A stretch of DNA of 41,093 nucleotides from Candidatus Proteinoplasmatales archaeon SG8-5 (GCA_001595885.1 LSSH01000085.1:1-41093); one strand, 5' to 3'; counted from the first letter of the stretch, positions 25,655 to 34,734 are shown. Numbers and translations: made by a program. The notes: generated by a model from the letters alone, not told the origin.

Positions 25655-26311
25655 TCATTTGAATATCTCGCCCGTCTCCCTGCACCAGAGGACAATGTCC
25701 AGGTGGGCCATGGGTATACCGATTGAACGGGAGAACGCATCCATTTTCCTTTCTATTTCAAGGTATATCGATCTTGATAACGAGCTCGGGACCCCGTTAA
25801 TCACGCCCAATTCCTTTAGGTTTCTGAGGATGTGCCTGTCCAGTATTGCCAGGTCCTCGCCCTTGCCTATGTTCCTGAGGAAATGGCTCGCCTCCTTGAG
25901 ACCGAGCCCGGTCACGTTCTTGACAAGCCATTCCCTTGCTTCAAAGGCATCGGGCAAATCCTGAATAACACCCTTTATCGGCGTTCTACCCCCCGGACCG
26001 AACCGCTCCCTCGCCTCTGTAATCCTCTTAGCCTTCGTGTGCTTGAATCTCACCGGGTCGATGGCCGAGGACAGCTCATCGGCGTCCGCGTGATATAACA
26101 GGTCCTGGCTTACCATGTGTTCCACCTTGTCCCAGCATAGTCTTGCCTTGGATTGGGGCGTCAGAAGGCAGAATGTCAATTCGGCAAAGATGGTCTCCTC
26201 GCTGCCGCTCTTCCAAATCTCTCTGAACTCGTTCAATCTGGCCGTGATCTGTCCATGTCTAGCCTTATGGATAGTCCTGACCTCTTGAATCGCCTTTTCG
26301 TCGTAAGGCAT
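25655..26311 (-). CDS. ogg: 8-oxoguanine DNA glycosylase/AP lyase (Ogg2 type)
   Basis: ELTFCLLTPQ, HhH GLGLKEASHFLRNIG, AILDRH, C-terminal LW...TGEIFK. Confidence 0.93.
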   Translation of the reverse strand: MPYDEKAIQEVRTIHKARHGQITARLNEFREIWKSGSEETIFAELTFCLLTPQSKARLCWDKVEHMVSQDLLYHADADELSSAIDPVRFKHTKAKRITEARERFGPGGRTPIKGVIQDLPDAFEAREWLVKNVTGLGLKEASHFLRNIGKGEDLAILDRHILRNLKELGVINGVPSSLSRSIYLEIERKMDAFSRSIGIPMAHLDIVLWCRETGEIFK

Positions 26312-26317
26312 GACGGA

Positions 26318-26893
26318 TTACCAGTTCTCTGCAAGTAGCTCGAAGTGGGCTTGCGGGTGGGCGCAGGCCGGACACATGCCCGGGGCCTCGGGACCCTCGT
26401 GAAGGTAACCACAGTTTATGCAGCGCCAGACCACCGTCTCCTGCTTCTTGAACACGGTGCCGTTCTCGATGTTCTTCATCAGGCCCAAGTAACGGGCCTC
26501 GTGCTGCTTCTCGGCCACGGCAATGGCCTTGAAGGCGGCCGCTATCTCCGGGAACCCTTCCTCCTCCGCCGTCTCGGCGAAGCTCGGGTACATCTCGGTG
26601 TGCTCGTAGTTCTCCCCCTCGGCGGCGTGTCTCAGGTTCACGGCGGTGGTGTCGATGATGCCCGCGGGGAAATCCGCATTGACGTTCGCGGTTCCCCCCT
26701 CCAGGAACTTGTACAGGCGTTTGGCATGCTCCTTCTCCTGGTTGGCCGTCTCCTCGAACACCTCGGATATCTGGCGATAGCCCTCCTTCTTTGCCTTGCT
26801 TGCGTAGAAGGTGTAGCGGTTCCTCGCCTGAGATTCGCCGGCGAACGCGGTCAAAAGGTTCTTCTCCGTTTGCGTTCCTTTAAGATTTGCCAT
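26318..26893 (-). CDS. rbr: Rubrerythrin
   Basis: [29 protein letters not shown]-terminal CINC...CPACAHP. Confidence 0.96.
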   Translation of the reverse strand: MANLKGTQTEKNLLTAFAGESQARNRYTFYASKAKKEGYRQISEVFEETANQEKEHAKRLYKFLEGGTANVNADFPAGIIDTTAVNLRHAAEGENYEHTEMYPSFAETAEEEGFPEIAAAFKAIAVAEKQHEARYLGLMKNIENGTVFKKQETVVWRCINCGYLHEGPEAPGMCPACAHPQAHFELLAENW

Positions 26894-26904
26894 TTTTTTT
26901 CCTC

Positions 26905-27321
26905 CTATAAGGTTATATCCTTTTGCCTCAGGTAATCGCCGAACTCCTTATCCACGCCTTTGATGTGATTGATCAGCCAATTGACCAAGAAGACGTTGAC
27001 GGATTCGGCCAGGGCGCCCGTGGCACCCTCCTCCTCGAAGTCCTCGACCAACCTGTTAAGGGAGTCCTTGAACACGCCGTGCTGCTCCCTGTGGGCACCG
27101 AGACCGGGGTATGTCAATTCGGTCATGTGCTTCTCCTCGGTGGAAAAATGGAAGTCCGTATAATCTATCAGGAAGTCCAGGGTTTTCATGATTTGGGATG
27201 TTCCCTGGGTGACCTCTATAGCCTCGGAGAGTTCGCGCAGCCGCTGTATCAGCATCTTATGCTGTTCGTCAATCAACTCAACTCCCACGGATAGATTCGA
27301 ATCCCATTCGATCGAAACCAT
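26905..27321 (-). CDS. Bacteriohemerythrin
   Basis: [37 protein letters not shown]. Confidence 0.93.
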   Translation of the reverse strand: MVSIEWDSNLSVGVELIDEQHKMLIQRLRELSEAIEVTQGTSQIMKTLDFLIDYTDFHFSTEEKHMTELTYPGLGAHREQHGVFKDSLNRLVEDFEEEGATGALAESVNVFLVNWLINHIKGVDKEFGDYLRQKDITL

Positions 27322-27402
27322 AGATTGCCCCCCGTTGACCAATTACCTGAGTTTATGCCTACAGCTAGGTCTTTCGCATTATTTATTCATTTACCCGAAC
27401 GA

Positions 27403-27585
27403 CTATTCCATCTCTATGGCGCCCACCGGGCATGCGGATTCGCATGCACCGCACTCGATGCACTCGTCTGGGTTGACGACGTGGGCCTTGCCGTCCTTAA
27501 TCTCGAAGACCTTAGGGTCAGCGGGACAAACATCGTAGCATTCCCCCGCCCCTTCGCATTTGGCTTGGTCGATTTTCGGTGGCAT
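27403..27585 (-). CDS. Dicluster ferredoxin, probably 7Fe ([3Fe-4S]+[4Fe-4S])
   Basis: CEGAGECYDVCP (second Cys replaced by Ala) and CIECGACESACP. Confidence 0.88.
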   Translation of the reverse strand: MPPKIDQAKCEGAGECYDVCPADPKVFEIKDGKAHVVNPDECIECGACESACPVGAIEME

Positions 27586-27611
27586 TATTTCACCTAACCC
27601 AGAGGTATATT

Positions 27612-28517
27612 TCAAACCTTTAATAGGTTTTCCCTTTTGACAAAATATATCTTCTCCATGTGGTGGGGGTGATAGCGCTTCTTCGCTTCCCTCAGACCTC
27701 TTATTCCGAGGTCTGACTCGCGGTTGATGTACCTGTAATCCGAGGATATGGTCTTCGCGGCCTCGTTGTTGATGGCCTGGTAGATGCCGTCGAAATCCGG
27801 CATGGCCTTCTCGATGTGAATGACCGCCGTCTCCGGATTCATCTCCTCGTAGACTGAAATCGCCTCTATCTCATGATTCATCCTGATAGCGATGCCGGAT
27901 AGGCACAGCTCGAAGAAATTGTCCATTGAGTACATCACCGCGATCCTCTCGTTCTCAAGCATCTGGTTGGAGGCACAGTCCCTCCACAGACACCATTTCC
28001 TGATGAAGGTCATTACCTCGTCGAAGTTCGAGGCTGCAATTGGCTCGACCGTGTGCTCATATTTCCTGTTATACCTGTTCAGGCGGTTGCGTATCTTCAG
28101 ATAATTCTTGCCCGCCAGCTCTGCCAGGTCCGATGCCAGGTATACGTAGTCATAATAATCCCTGTTCGGTTGAAATTTTAAATCCGGATGTATGCCCGAT
28201 ATCCATTCCTTTGTCGGTTCCTCAATGCCCACTATCGACCGGATTCTCCCGTTCGCCTTGGCAAGCTCGATTATGTCGTTCAATGAATCGGCGTTCGGCC
28301 GCCCGATCGGCGGTCTCAGCCTGACCTCGTCCTCGAACTCCGTGCTTATCAAAAGGTGGTCATCGCGGTCGATGAACTTCACGTCCACGTAATGGAGCCA
28401 GCTGACCAGTGTCGTGAACACGGTCTCGCTGTGGCGGGGCGGATTATTGGCATATATCCTTTCGAAGATCTCCTTGTGTTCCAGTTTCAGGGGTTCGAAG
28501 TCGTCCAGCGAGAGCAT
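27612..28517 (-). CDS. DUF2156 / MprF C-terminal-like aminoacyl-tRNA-dependent transferase domain protein (soluble)
   Basis: RDYYDYVYLASDLAELAGKNYLKIRN, IHIEKA, GIYQAIN, YINRESDLGIRGLREAKKRYHP. Confidence 0.85.
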   Translation of the reverse strand: MLSLDDFEPLKLEHKEIFERIYANNPPRHSETVFTTLVSWLHYVDVKFIDRDDHLLISTEFEDEVRLRPPIGRPNADSLNDIIELAKANGRIRSIVGIEEPTKEWISGIHPDLKFQPNRDYYDYVYLASDLAELAGKNYLKIRNRLNRYNRKYEHTVEPIAASNFDEVMTFIRKWCLWRDCASNQMLENERIAVMYSMDNFFELCLSGIAIRMNHEIEAISVYEEMNPETAVIHIEKAMPDFDGIYQAINNEAAKTISSDYRYINRESDLGIRGLREAKKRYHPHHMEKIYFVKRENLLKV

Positions 28518-28518
28518 G

Positions 28519-28935
28519 TCATTCCTCCGGTTCGAAGACCATGGGCTCTCCTGGAAGCTCTTTGAAACCGAGGGGCGTGTAAAACTCCCTGGTCCCGGGT
28601 TCTGCCACCAGGCCAATCCAGCACAATCCCCTTCTCACGCAGTGGTCGACGAGCGCCCTGATGATGTCGTGGCCGATGCCCAAGCCGCGCCATTCCTGCA
28701 GCACGGCAACGTCCTGTATCCATGCGTCCGATGTACCGTCGGATATTACCCTGCCCATACCCACGGCCTTTCCTGCCGCGTTCACCGCGACCGCGAAGGC
28801 AAAGCTGCCCTCGATTATTGACTCGATGCTTTCCGGTGGATAATGTTCCTTCCACCAGCCGCCTGCCTCGTATAGTTCGATGATCTCTTCCTCAGGCCAG
28901 GCATCCACCAGTTGTATCTTCACGTCCTCTTGCAC
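28519..28935 (-). CDS. GNAT family N-acetyltransferase
   Basis: VGMGRVISDG..DAWIQDVAVLQEWRGLGIG, FYTPLGF. Confidence 0.9.
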   Translation of the reverse strand: MQEDVKIQLVDAWPEEEIIELYEAGGWWKEHYPPESIESIIEGSFAFAVAVNAAGKAVGMGRVISDGTSDAWIQDVAVLQEWRGLGIGHDIIRALVDHCVRRGLCWIGLVAEPGTREFYTPLGFKELPGEPMVFEPEE

Positions 28936-28944
28936 CGGAACACC

Positions 28945-29535
28945 CTATTTCATGACCTCGTAGAATTCCTCATACGGCATTTTGGACAGGTTCTCGGGCA
29001 ACCGGTTGAACACTTCCTCGAACTCGGGTATCCTGTGTGAACGCTCGTGCACCTCTTTGGACTCCCAGAATGTTAAGAGGATGAACTTCACGGGTTGGAA
29101 ATCAAGGTCGCTGGTGTCCCCGGGTATGCAGCTGCCCACCGCCGACACGCCCGATAACCTCAGGACCTTGGAGCCGAGGAAACCGTCGTAAGCCTCGGTG
29201 GCCCTGCACAACTGCATTGCCTTCTCAATGAACTCATTCTCCTGGTCCGGCTTGATCTCCACGTAATTGGCCGCGCAGACCATTGGCTTTGACGTCCATT
29301 CCATAACCTCCGCCTCTTCCGGGTTGATCAGCGTGAATGGTATTCCGAACGCCTCCAATTTCCGGCCTGCCAGCTCAGAGCGGTGGCCGGTGTTGCAGTA
29401 GATCGATACCTCCCTTTCCCTCAAGAGGTCCTGCCAATATTCCAGGTCATAATGCGGGATGTTGACGGAGCCTTTCACGTGGCCCATGACGAATTCCTCC
29501 CTGGACCTCACGTCCACAATCAGTTTTCCTGTCAT
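28945..29535 (-). CDS. Rhodanese fused to an ABM/sulfur-oxygenase-reductase-like dimeric alpha-beta barrel domain
   Basis: IVDVRSREEF..GHVKGSVNIP and YCNTGHRS (rhodanese); C-terminal LCRATEAYDGFLG, TFWESKEVHERSH, PYEEFYEV. Confidence 0.8.
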   Translation of the reverse strand: MTGKLIVDVRSREEFVMGHVKGSVNIPHYDLEYWQDLLREREVSIYCNTGHRSELAGRKLEAFGIPFTLINPEEAEVMEWTSKPMVCAANYVEIKPDQENEFIEKAMQLCRATEAYDGFLGSKVLRLSGVSAVGSCIPGDTSDLDFQPVKFILLTFWESKEVHERSHRIPEFEEVFNRLPENLSKMPYEEFYEVMK

Positions 29536-29544
29536 GGGCTCACC

Positions 29545-30045
29545 TCACATGAACCGCTCGAAACGGTCCTTCTTTGCCTTGCATATCGGACAGACTGCAG
29601 GCGGTTCCTCCTTTGCCGCCAGGTATCCGCACACTCGGCATCTCCATACTGGATAGCTCAACTTCTCACTCCCTTGTACCTTTATCTCGGTCGATCTGAA
29701 CTGCGGTCTTGTATCCCGGTCCGGCGACCGCCTTTCCGGGATTGGTTCGGGGGATTTCTCACCGTCAGCGATCTCCTGCGAAACGTATAAAGCGCAATAG
29801 CACGCACCAAAATCGTTCAGGTCCTGGTCCCGGTAATCGCAGGGGCATATTACATCGATGTCCTCGTCCTTATCCCCAGCCGCCAACCTGCAAGGGCAGG
29901 CCCAATATCCGTACCTCTCCTGATTGATGAGGAGGCTCCTCACCAGGTCCCTGGCGAATCCCACGTCAGGATTCAGGTTGTATCCAGACTTATCTGCCTC
30001 GTTCTTAAGCCTGTTATGGATTATGTCAACCTTTTCGTCGGTCAT
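29545..30045 (-). CDS. Ferredoxin:thioredoxin/disulfide reductase catalytic subunit with a C-terminal rubredoxin-like domain
   Basis: CPCR...CPC...CYC FTR-c motif, then WRCRVCGY...CPIC. Confidence 0.9.
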   Translation of the reverse strand: MTDEKVDIIHNRLKNEADKSGYNLNPDVGFARDLVRSLLINQERYGYWACPCRLAAGDKDEDIDVICPCDYRDQDLNDFGACYCALYVSQEIADGEKSPEPIPERRSPDRDTRPQFRSTEIKVQGSEKLSYPVWRCRVCGYLAAKEEPPAVCPICKAKKDRFERFM

Positions 30046-30050
30046 CTCGC

Positions 30051-30329
30051 TCAACCGATCGCCTCTTTGATCTGGTCCTCCTTGTAACCGACTATGCAAT
30101 GCTCATCGTTGATGACGAGGGTGGGGAATGAGCATGCCGGGTTCCATCGCTTGACCTCGCCCATGATCGCCTCCTTCTCCTCCGAACCGGCTTGGTCGAC
30201 AAAAATGTAGTCGTACGCAACCCCCAGGTCGTCCAACAGTTGCTTGGTCTTCTTACACCAGATGCAGGTGCTCAGTGCGAACAGCCTGAACTTGCCCTTG
30301 TCCTCGCCCTCTACATGCTCATATTTCAT
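30051..30329 (-). CDS. Glutaredoxin-like (NrdH-type) protein
   Basis: [23 protein letters not shown]; adjacent to FTR. Confidence 0.9.
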   Translation of the reverse strand: MKYEHVEGEDKGKFRLFALSTCIWCKKTKQLLDDLGVAYDYIFVDQAGSEEKEAIMGEVKRWNPACSFPTLVINDEHCIVGYKEDQIKEAIG

Positions 30330-30358
30330 CATATCACCTTCTATCAATCTTGAACTCC

Positions 30359-30916
30359 TCAATGTTTATATGTGTTGATGTGAACGAATTCCTTAAAGGC
30401 CTTCCTTTCCGGCCTCTCTGTTTCCGCCTCAATCTGTTGCCCGGACATCAACGGATTAACCTCGTCCGACTTCCCGCCGACAATGACGAGCGTGATGACG
30501 TTCATCTCGTCCGGGATGTCAAGTATTTCCCGCGTCTTCCTCGGGCTGAAACCGGCGATGGGGTGCGCCACCAGGCCCAATTCGGTGGCCCTAAGGATGA
30601 GGAAGGCAGTGGCCATGCCCGTGTCGAAGAGGTAGTACTCCCTGTCCCTGATGACGTAGTCGTCGTCCTTCTTGCTGAACACGGCGATAATCATCGACGC
30701 GGCCTGTGCCCACTCGTTGCCCTTAGAGAGGGCGCCGTGCATCCTTTCCAGGATTTCAGCGTCGTGGACGAACACGTATTGCCAGGGCTGGTGGTTGAAA
30801 CATGAGGCTGATAACTGTGCGTGTCTTGCTAGGTCGTGAATTAGGTTCTCGTTTATCTCGACCGGCTCCAAAGAGCGGTACGCCCTCCTCTTCTCTATGG
30901 CCTCTTTCACGTCCAA
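30359..30916 (-). CDS. Nitroreductase family protein
   Basis: AIEKRRAYR, SASCFNHQPW, DTGMA..LILRATELGL, ERK; TTG start. Confidence 0.92.
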   Translation of the reverse strand: MDVKEAIEKRRAYRSLEPVEINENLIHDLARHAQLSASCFNHQPWQYVFVHDAEILERMHGALSKGNEWAQAASMIIAVFSKKDDDYVIRDREYYLFDTGMATAFLILRATELGLVAHPIAGFSPRKTREILDIPDEMNVITLVIVGGKSDEVNPLMSGQQIEAETERPERKAFKEFVHINTYKH

Positions 30917-30925
30917 AGCGATGCC

Positions 30926-31426
30926 TCACAATGATCTTTGAAATATCCATGGACCTCCGCTTCTCAGGCTTTGGAGGTTTATGTCAAGAAGCTCAATATG
31001 CTCCTTCTCGAAATCTGCCAACCTGTGGAACAGCTGGCGTATGTTATCGTCGTCCGTTATCTTCAAGTTATTGGCGTAGAAGGCCATGGACCTCTTCTCT
31101 ACCATTATGGCGTACTCAAGAGCCTTCTCGGGATCGCTGTCCCTGAAGACCCCGGGCAGCTCGTCCACGACGAACATCTCGCTCTTGCCCTCGATCGAAA
31201 CATCTATCTGCTCTGTGTCGTCGAACTCATCCAGCCTGTCAAGCTGGCGGTCGTACTCCTCCTCCAGCCACCTGATGTGGTCGACCTCCATGTTCACCAG
31301 GTGGGATATCATCTTCTGACCGGCCCTGTTCCTGACGAAGGAGCGCATATTGTTGTAGAACTCGTATCCGAACTGCTCGATATCGATGGCCTGTTTGATT
31401 ATGGCCAGTGAGGTGTCGATGCCCAT
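30926..31426 (-). CDS. Ferritin-like (rubrerythrin diiron domain only) protein
   Basis: AIDIE..GYEFY, EVDH, AIMVEKRSMAFY, EKEH. Confidence 0.85.
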   Translation of the reverse strand: MGIDTSLAIIKQAIDIEQFGYEFYNNMRSFVRNRAGQKMISHLVNMEVDHIRWLEEEYDRQLDRLDEFDDTEQIDVSIEGKSEMFVVDELPGVFRDSDPEKALEYAIMVEKRSMAFYANNLKITDDDNIRQLFHRLADFEKEHIELLDINLQSLRSGGPWIFQRSL

Positions 31427-31437
31427 TTATGCTCCCC

Positions 31438-31929
31438 CTAGGGGCCGACGTGCATCATCGGCCAGTAATCGTCGTAATCCTCGAACTTGAGGCTGTTCTC
31501 CTTCTCGACCTTGAGTATGTTGTAATGGCCTTCTTCCATCTGGGCAAAGTACTCGAGTGTGCGCTTCTGTTCTGGGTCTTGCAGGATTCTGGCGAAGGCG
31601 AGATAGAAGTCCTTGGCTGCGAGTTCAGCGTTCATTGCACTTTCCAGAACGTCGCTGATAGGCACCTGCTCGTCGGGTATGATGATATTGGGCAGGGGTA
31701 CAGGACTTGCCCCCGGAAGAACGGGCTCCCTGCCTGGTATGTTCTCCCTGAAGGCTTCGATCAGGTACTCCCTGTGCCTTTCCTCTTCGGTGGCCAGGAA
31801 AGTCAGCCTGTCCTTCAGGTATGCGTTTCTCACCCTCCCCGCCAGTTTTGAATATACGTCCTTGCTCTCGACCTCGCTCATGATCGCGGCGAGGAAGATA
31901 TCCTCCAGGCTGTACCCGCTCAGGTCCAT
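31438..31929 (-). CDS. Ferritin-like (rubrerythrin diiron domain only) protein
   Basis: AIMSEVESKDVY, EERH, AMNAELAAKDFY, EEGH. Start at ATG 31929 or 31935. Confidence 0.85.
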   Translation of the reverse strand: MDLSGYSLEDIFLAAIMSEVESKDVYSKLAGRVRNAYLKDRLTFLATEEERHREYLIEAFRENIPGREPVLPGASPVPLPNIIIPDEQVPISDVLESAMNAELAAKDFYLAFARILQDPEQKRTLEYFAQMEEGHYNILKVEKENSLKFEDYDDYWPMMHVGP

Positions 31930-31942
31930 TGTCATCTCCCCT

Positions 31943-32458
31943 TCAGTCGCCCGGAGCGGGGAACGTGAACAGCGGAGCACGGGCCCCCATTTCCTTGTCA
32001 AGCATGAAGAGGCCGCTGCCGCCCTTGACCAGCGCCAGCTGCTGTACGATCTCGTCAGCCGAGGCTTCCTCCTCAACCTGCTCCTCCACGAACCATTGCA
32101 GGAAGTTGTTCGTCGCGTGGTCCTTTTCCTTGATCGCCAGGTCCACGAGCTTGTTTATCATACCGGTGACCTTTGTTTCGTGCTTGTACGCGGCCTTGAA
32201 GATTGCCAATGGGTCCTTCCAGGACGTCTGAGGTTTTTCGATTGTATCGAGGGTCACGCTCCCGCCTCGCTCCAGTACGTAGTCGTATATCTTGATGGCG
32301 TGATAGAGTTCTTCCTGGGCCTGGATCTTCATCCAATGAGCGAAACCGGGCAGGCTCTTGCTGTCCAGGTCGGCAGACATTGAAAGATAAAGGTATGATG
32401 AATAAAGTTCCGCGTTCACCTGCAGGCTCAGCGCCTTCTCCACCTTCTTGTTCAACAT
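31943..32458 (-). CDS. ftnA: Non-heme ferritin
   Basis: QVNAELYSSYLYLSM, QAQEELYHA, HETKVT, FLQWFVEEQVEEE. Confidence 0.95.
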   Translation of the reverse strand: MLNKKVEKALSLQVNAELYSSYLYLSMSADLDSKSLPGFAHWMKIQAQEELYHAIKIYDYVLERGGSVTLDTIEKPQTSWKDPLAIFKAAYKHETKVTGMINKLVDLAIKEKDHATNNFLQWFVEEQVEEEASADEIVQQLALVKGGSGLFMLDKEMGARAPLFTFPAPGD

Positions 32459-32467
32459 GTCGACACC

Positions 32468-32842
32468 TCAGCTCTTCCACAGGCCGTGGATGTTGCAGTA
32501 TTCCCTGGCCGATATCTTCTCGGCCGTGCACATGAACAAGGCCTCCGGGGGGTCTCCTGGCTTCAGGTATTTCCTGTAGCTCCTGTCCTCGGTCACCAGC
32601 TCGATCCACTCTATGTAGTGCTTCTCCTCCATGGGGTGGAGTGTCGAGCCGACGTAGATCTTGACCACGTCTCCGTCCCTCTCGATGACGGGCACGTGCT
32701 TCTCAACGGCCATTTCGGCGGTCTTTTCCTCCATCAGAACCATCGGCTCCCCGCAGCAGACCAGCTCTCCGGGCCCGCCGTGGATCATGTGCACGATGTT
32801 CCCGCACATCTCACACTTGTATATCTCGTTCAGTTCGGTAAT
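32468..32842 (-). CDS. dfx: Desulfoferrodoxin (2Fe superoxide reductase) with an apparent ATT start codon
   Basis: (I/M)[14 protein letters not shown]...[29 protein letters not shown]; RBS GGAGGTGA 4 nt before the ATT. Confidence 0.92.
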   Translation of the reverse strand: MTELNEIYKCEMCGNIVHMIHGGPGELVCCGEPMVLMEEKTAEMAVEKHVPVIERDGDVVKIYVGSTLHPMEEKHYIEWIELVTEDRSYRKYLKPGDPPEALFMCTAEKISAREYCNIHGLWKS

Positions 32843-32853
32843 ATCCTCACCTC

Positions 32854-33369
32854 CTAATCCTCCAAGCTCAGGTGCTCGGAATCGTACCAGTATCCGGTCC
32901 TGCCCAGGAAGTCGAACTCCTCCTCCAGGATGTGATAGTGGTTCTTCTCCTGATGAATGATCTCCTTTATGACGTCCCGGGCACCCTCGTCCTCTGTCTT
33001 TTCCAGTATCATTGAATAATAGTCGATCGCCTGCTTTTCGCTGTCCATCGCCGCATTGAGGGCGTCGAGGTCGTTCGTGTCCGGGTTCGCGCCCTCCGTG
33101 ACCCGCAGGTCCTTTGGGAACACGGGAAGGTTCGCATACTTCTTGCTGGAGTTGACGAGTTTCTCGTATTCTGCTTTGTCTATACAGTCCTCGAACAGCT
33201 TCTGAAAGGTATCGAGATGCATTTGCTCATCCTTTGCGAGGCTTTGGAAGATCCTGCTTCCGATCTCGTTCGAGGTCTGTGCGGCCGCCCTCATGTAGAA
33301 CGCATAGCCGTCCTTTTCCATCTGGATGGCCTGCTGTATGGCCTCCTTCACACCTATATCTTCGTTCAA
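32854..33369 (-). CDS. Ferritin-like (rubrerythrin diiron domain only) protein
   Basis: [35 protein letters not shown] start after GGTGA; alternative GTG at 33390. Confidence 0.85.
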   Translation of the reverse strand: MNEDIGVKEAIQQAIQMEKDGYAFYMRAAAQTSNEIGSRIFQSLAKDEQMHLDTFQKLFEDCIDKAEYEKLVNSSKKYANLPVFPKDLRVTEGANPDTNDLDALNAAMDSEKQAIDYYSMILEKTEDEGARDVIKEIIHQEKNHYHILEEEFDFLGRTGYWYDSEHLSLED

Positions 33370-33386
33370 ATAATCACCCGTTCTAC

Positions 33387-33539
33387 TCACTTAACCCTCT
33401 TCATCGGATGACCGCAGCAGTAGGGCAGGGCGTTGGGCTCTGAATCGAACTCTATCACCGAGCAACTGCAGTCTGCTCCACAATCGCATTCATACTTCAC
33501 CGGTTTCCCGGCTTCCTTACATCCGCATGTCTCACACAT
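33387..33539 (-). CDS. 50-aa Cys-rich mini-protein (metallothionein/desulforedoxin-like)
   Basis: MCETCGCKEAGKPVKYECDCGADCSCSVIEFDSEPNALPYCCGHPMKRVK*; RBS GGAGGTGA; exactly fills the operon gap. Below the ORF-track length cutoff. Confidence 0.8.
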   Translation of the reverse strand: MCETCGCKEAGKPVKYECDCGADCSCSVIEFDSEPNALPYCCGHPMKRVK

Positions 33540-33554
33540 TTTTTTCACCTCCAA

Positions 33555-34730
33555 TTATCCTAGTATTTTTCCTAACTCTTTACCTATTGATTTGACGTTC
33601 CCCAGCTCTTCAGTGTCGGGAACGAACTTCAGGTTCACATACTCGATCGGAACCTCCCAGCCCATGTCCTTCATGAACTTCTCGATCTCGCCGGCAGCCT
33701 GGCCACCCCATCCGAACGAGCCGAACGCGAACCCCAGGCGGTCCTTCGGCCTCAGGCCCTTCAAGTAAGTTAGAAAGCCTCCCATCGACGGAAGCATTCC
33801 GTTGTTGATGGTTGGCGAACCTATCAGAATCAGTTTTGATGTTATCAGGTCGGTCATGACATCCGAGATGTGGGTGTTCTTTAAGCTGCGGACGGTCACT
33901 GGAACGTCCGCCTCGCTCAGACCCTCTGCGAGGGCGTATGCGATTCTCTCGGTGGAGCCCCACATCGTGTCGTAGACTATGAGGGCCCTTGCCTCGGTTT
34001 CGTGGTTTGCCCATTTCACGTACTCGGCAAGTATGTCCGGTATGCGGGAGCGCCAGATGATGCCGTGGCTTGGTGCTATCATGTCGATGTCCAGACCGCC
34101 CAGCGCTTCCAGGGCCTTGCCGACCTGGGTGCCGTAGGGCATGACGATGTTCGCGTAATATGTGGCTGTCGCTTCCTTCAGGACACCCCATTCAATCTCG
34201 TCGTCGAACCTCTCCGCGCTTGCTATGTGCTGGCCGAAGGCATCGTTGGGCAGGAGGAGGTTCTCCTCGGGAATATAGGTGACCATTGAATCCGGCCAGT
34301 GTACCATTGGCACGTGAACGAAGACCAGTGTCCTCTTGCCGATGCTCAGCTCTTCACCGGACTGGGCGACGTGGAAGTTCCAATCCCTCTTGTAGTGCCT
34401 GCGAAGGCCCTTCTCGCCCTGGACCGAGGTAATGAGTGTGGCGTTCGGAGCCTCCTCCAATATCTTGGGCAACGAGCCCGAGTGGTCCATCTCGACATGG
34501 TTGGAGACCACGTAATCTATCTTTGAGGGGTCGATTATCTCCTTGATCCGGGCCAACATCTCGCCGTACAGGTAATGCTTGACGGTGTCGACCAAGACCA
34601 CCTTCTCGTCGATTATCAGGTAGGCGTTGTACGTGGTCCCCCTGTGGGTCTTGTATCCGTGGAAATCCTGGATATGCCAGTCGATGCCGCCCACCCAATA
34701 TATGCCCGGTTTTATCTCGATTTTATTCAA
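33555..34730 (-). CDS. fprA: Flavodiiron protein FprA (O2/NO reductase)
   Basis: GTTYNAY, NHVEMDHSG, HWPD, NDAFGQH, HG, flavodoxin YDTMWGSTE and FGSFGWGG. TTG start at 34730. Confidence 0.95.
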   Translation of the reverse strand: MNKIEIKPGIYWVGGIDWHIQDFHGYKTHRGTTYNAYLIIDEKVVLVDTVKHYLYGEMLARIKEIIDPSKIDYVVSNHVEMDHSGSLPKILEEAPNATLITSVQGEKGLRRHYKRDWNFHVAQSGEELSIGKRTLVFVHVPMVHWPDSMVTYIPEENLLLPNDAFGQHIASAERFDDEIEWGVLKEATATYYANIVMPYGTQVGKALEALGGLDIDMIAPSHGIIWRSRIPDILAEYVKWANHETEARALIVYDTMWGSTERIAYALAEGLSEADVPVTVRSLKNTHISDVMTDLITSKLILIGSPTINNGMLPSMGGFLTYLKGLRPKDRLGFAFGSFGWGGQAAGEIEKFMKDMGWEVPIEYVNLKFVPDTEELGNVKSIGKELGKILG

Positions 34731-34734
34731 TTTT

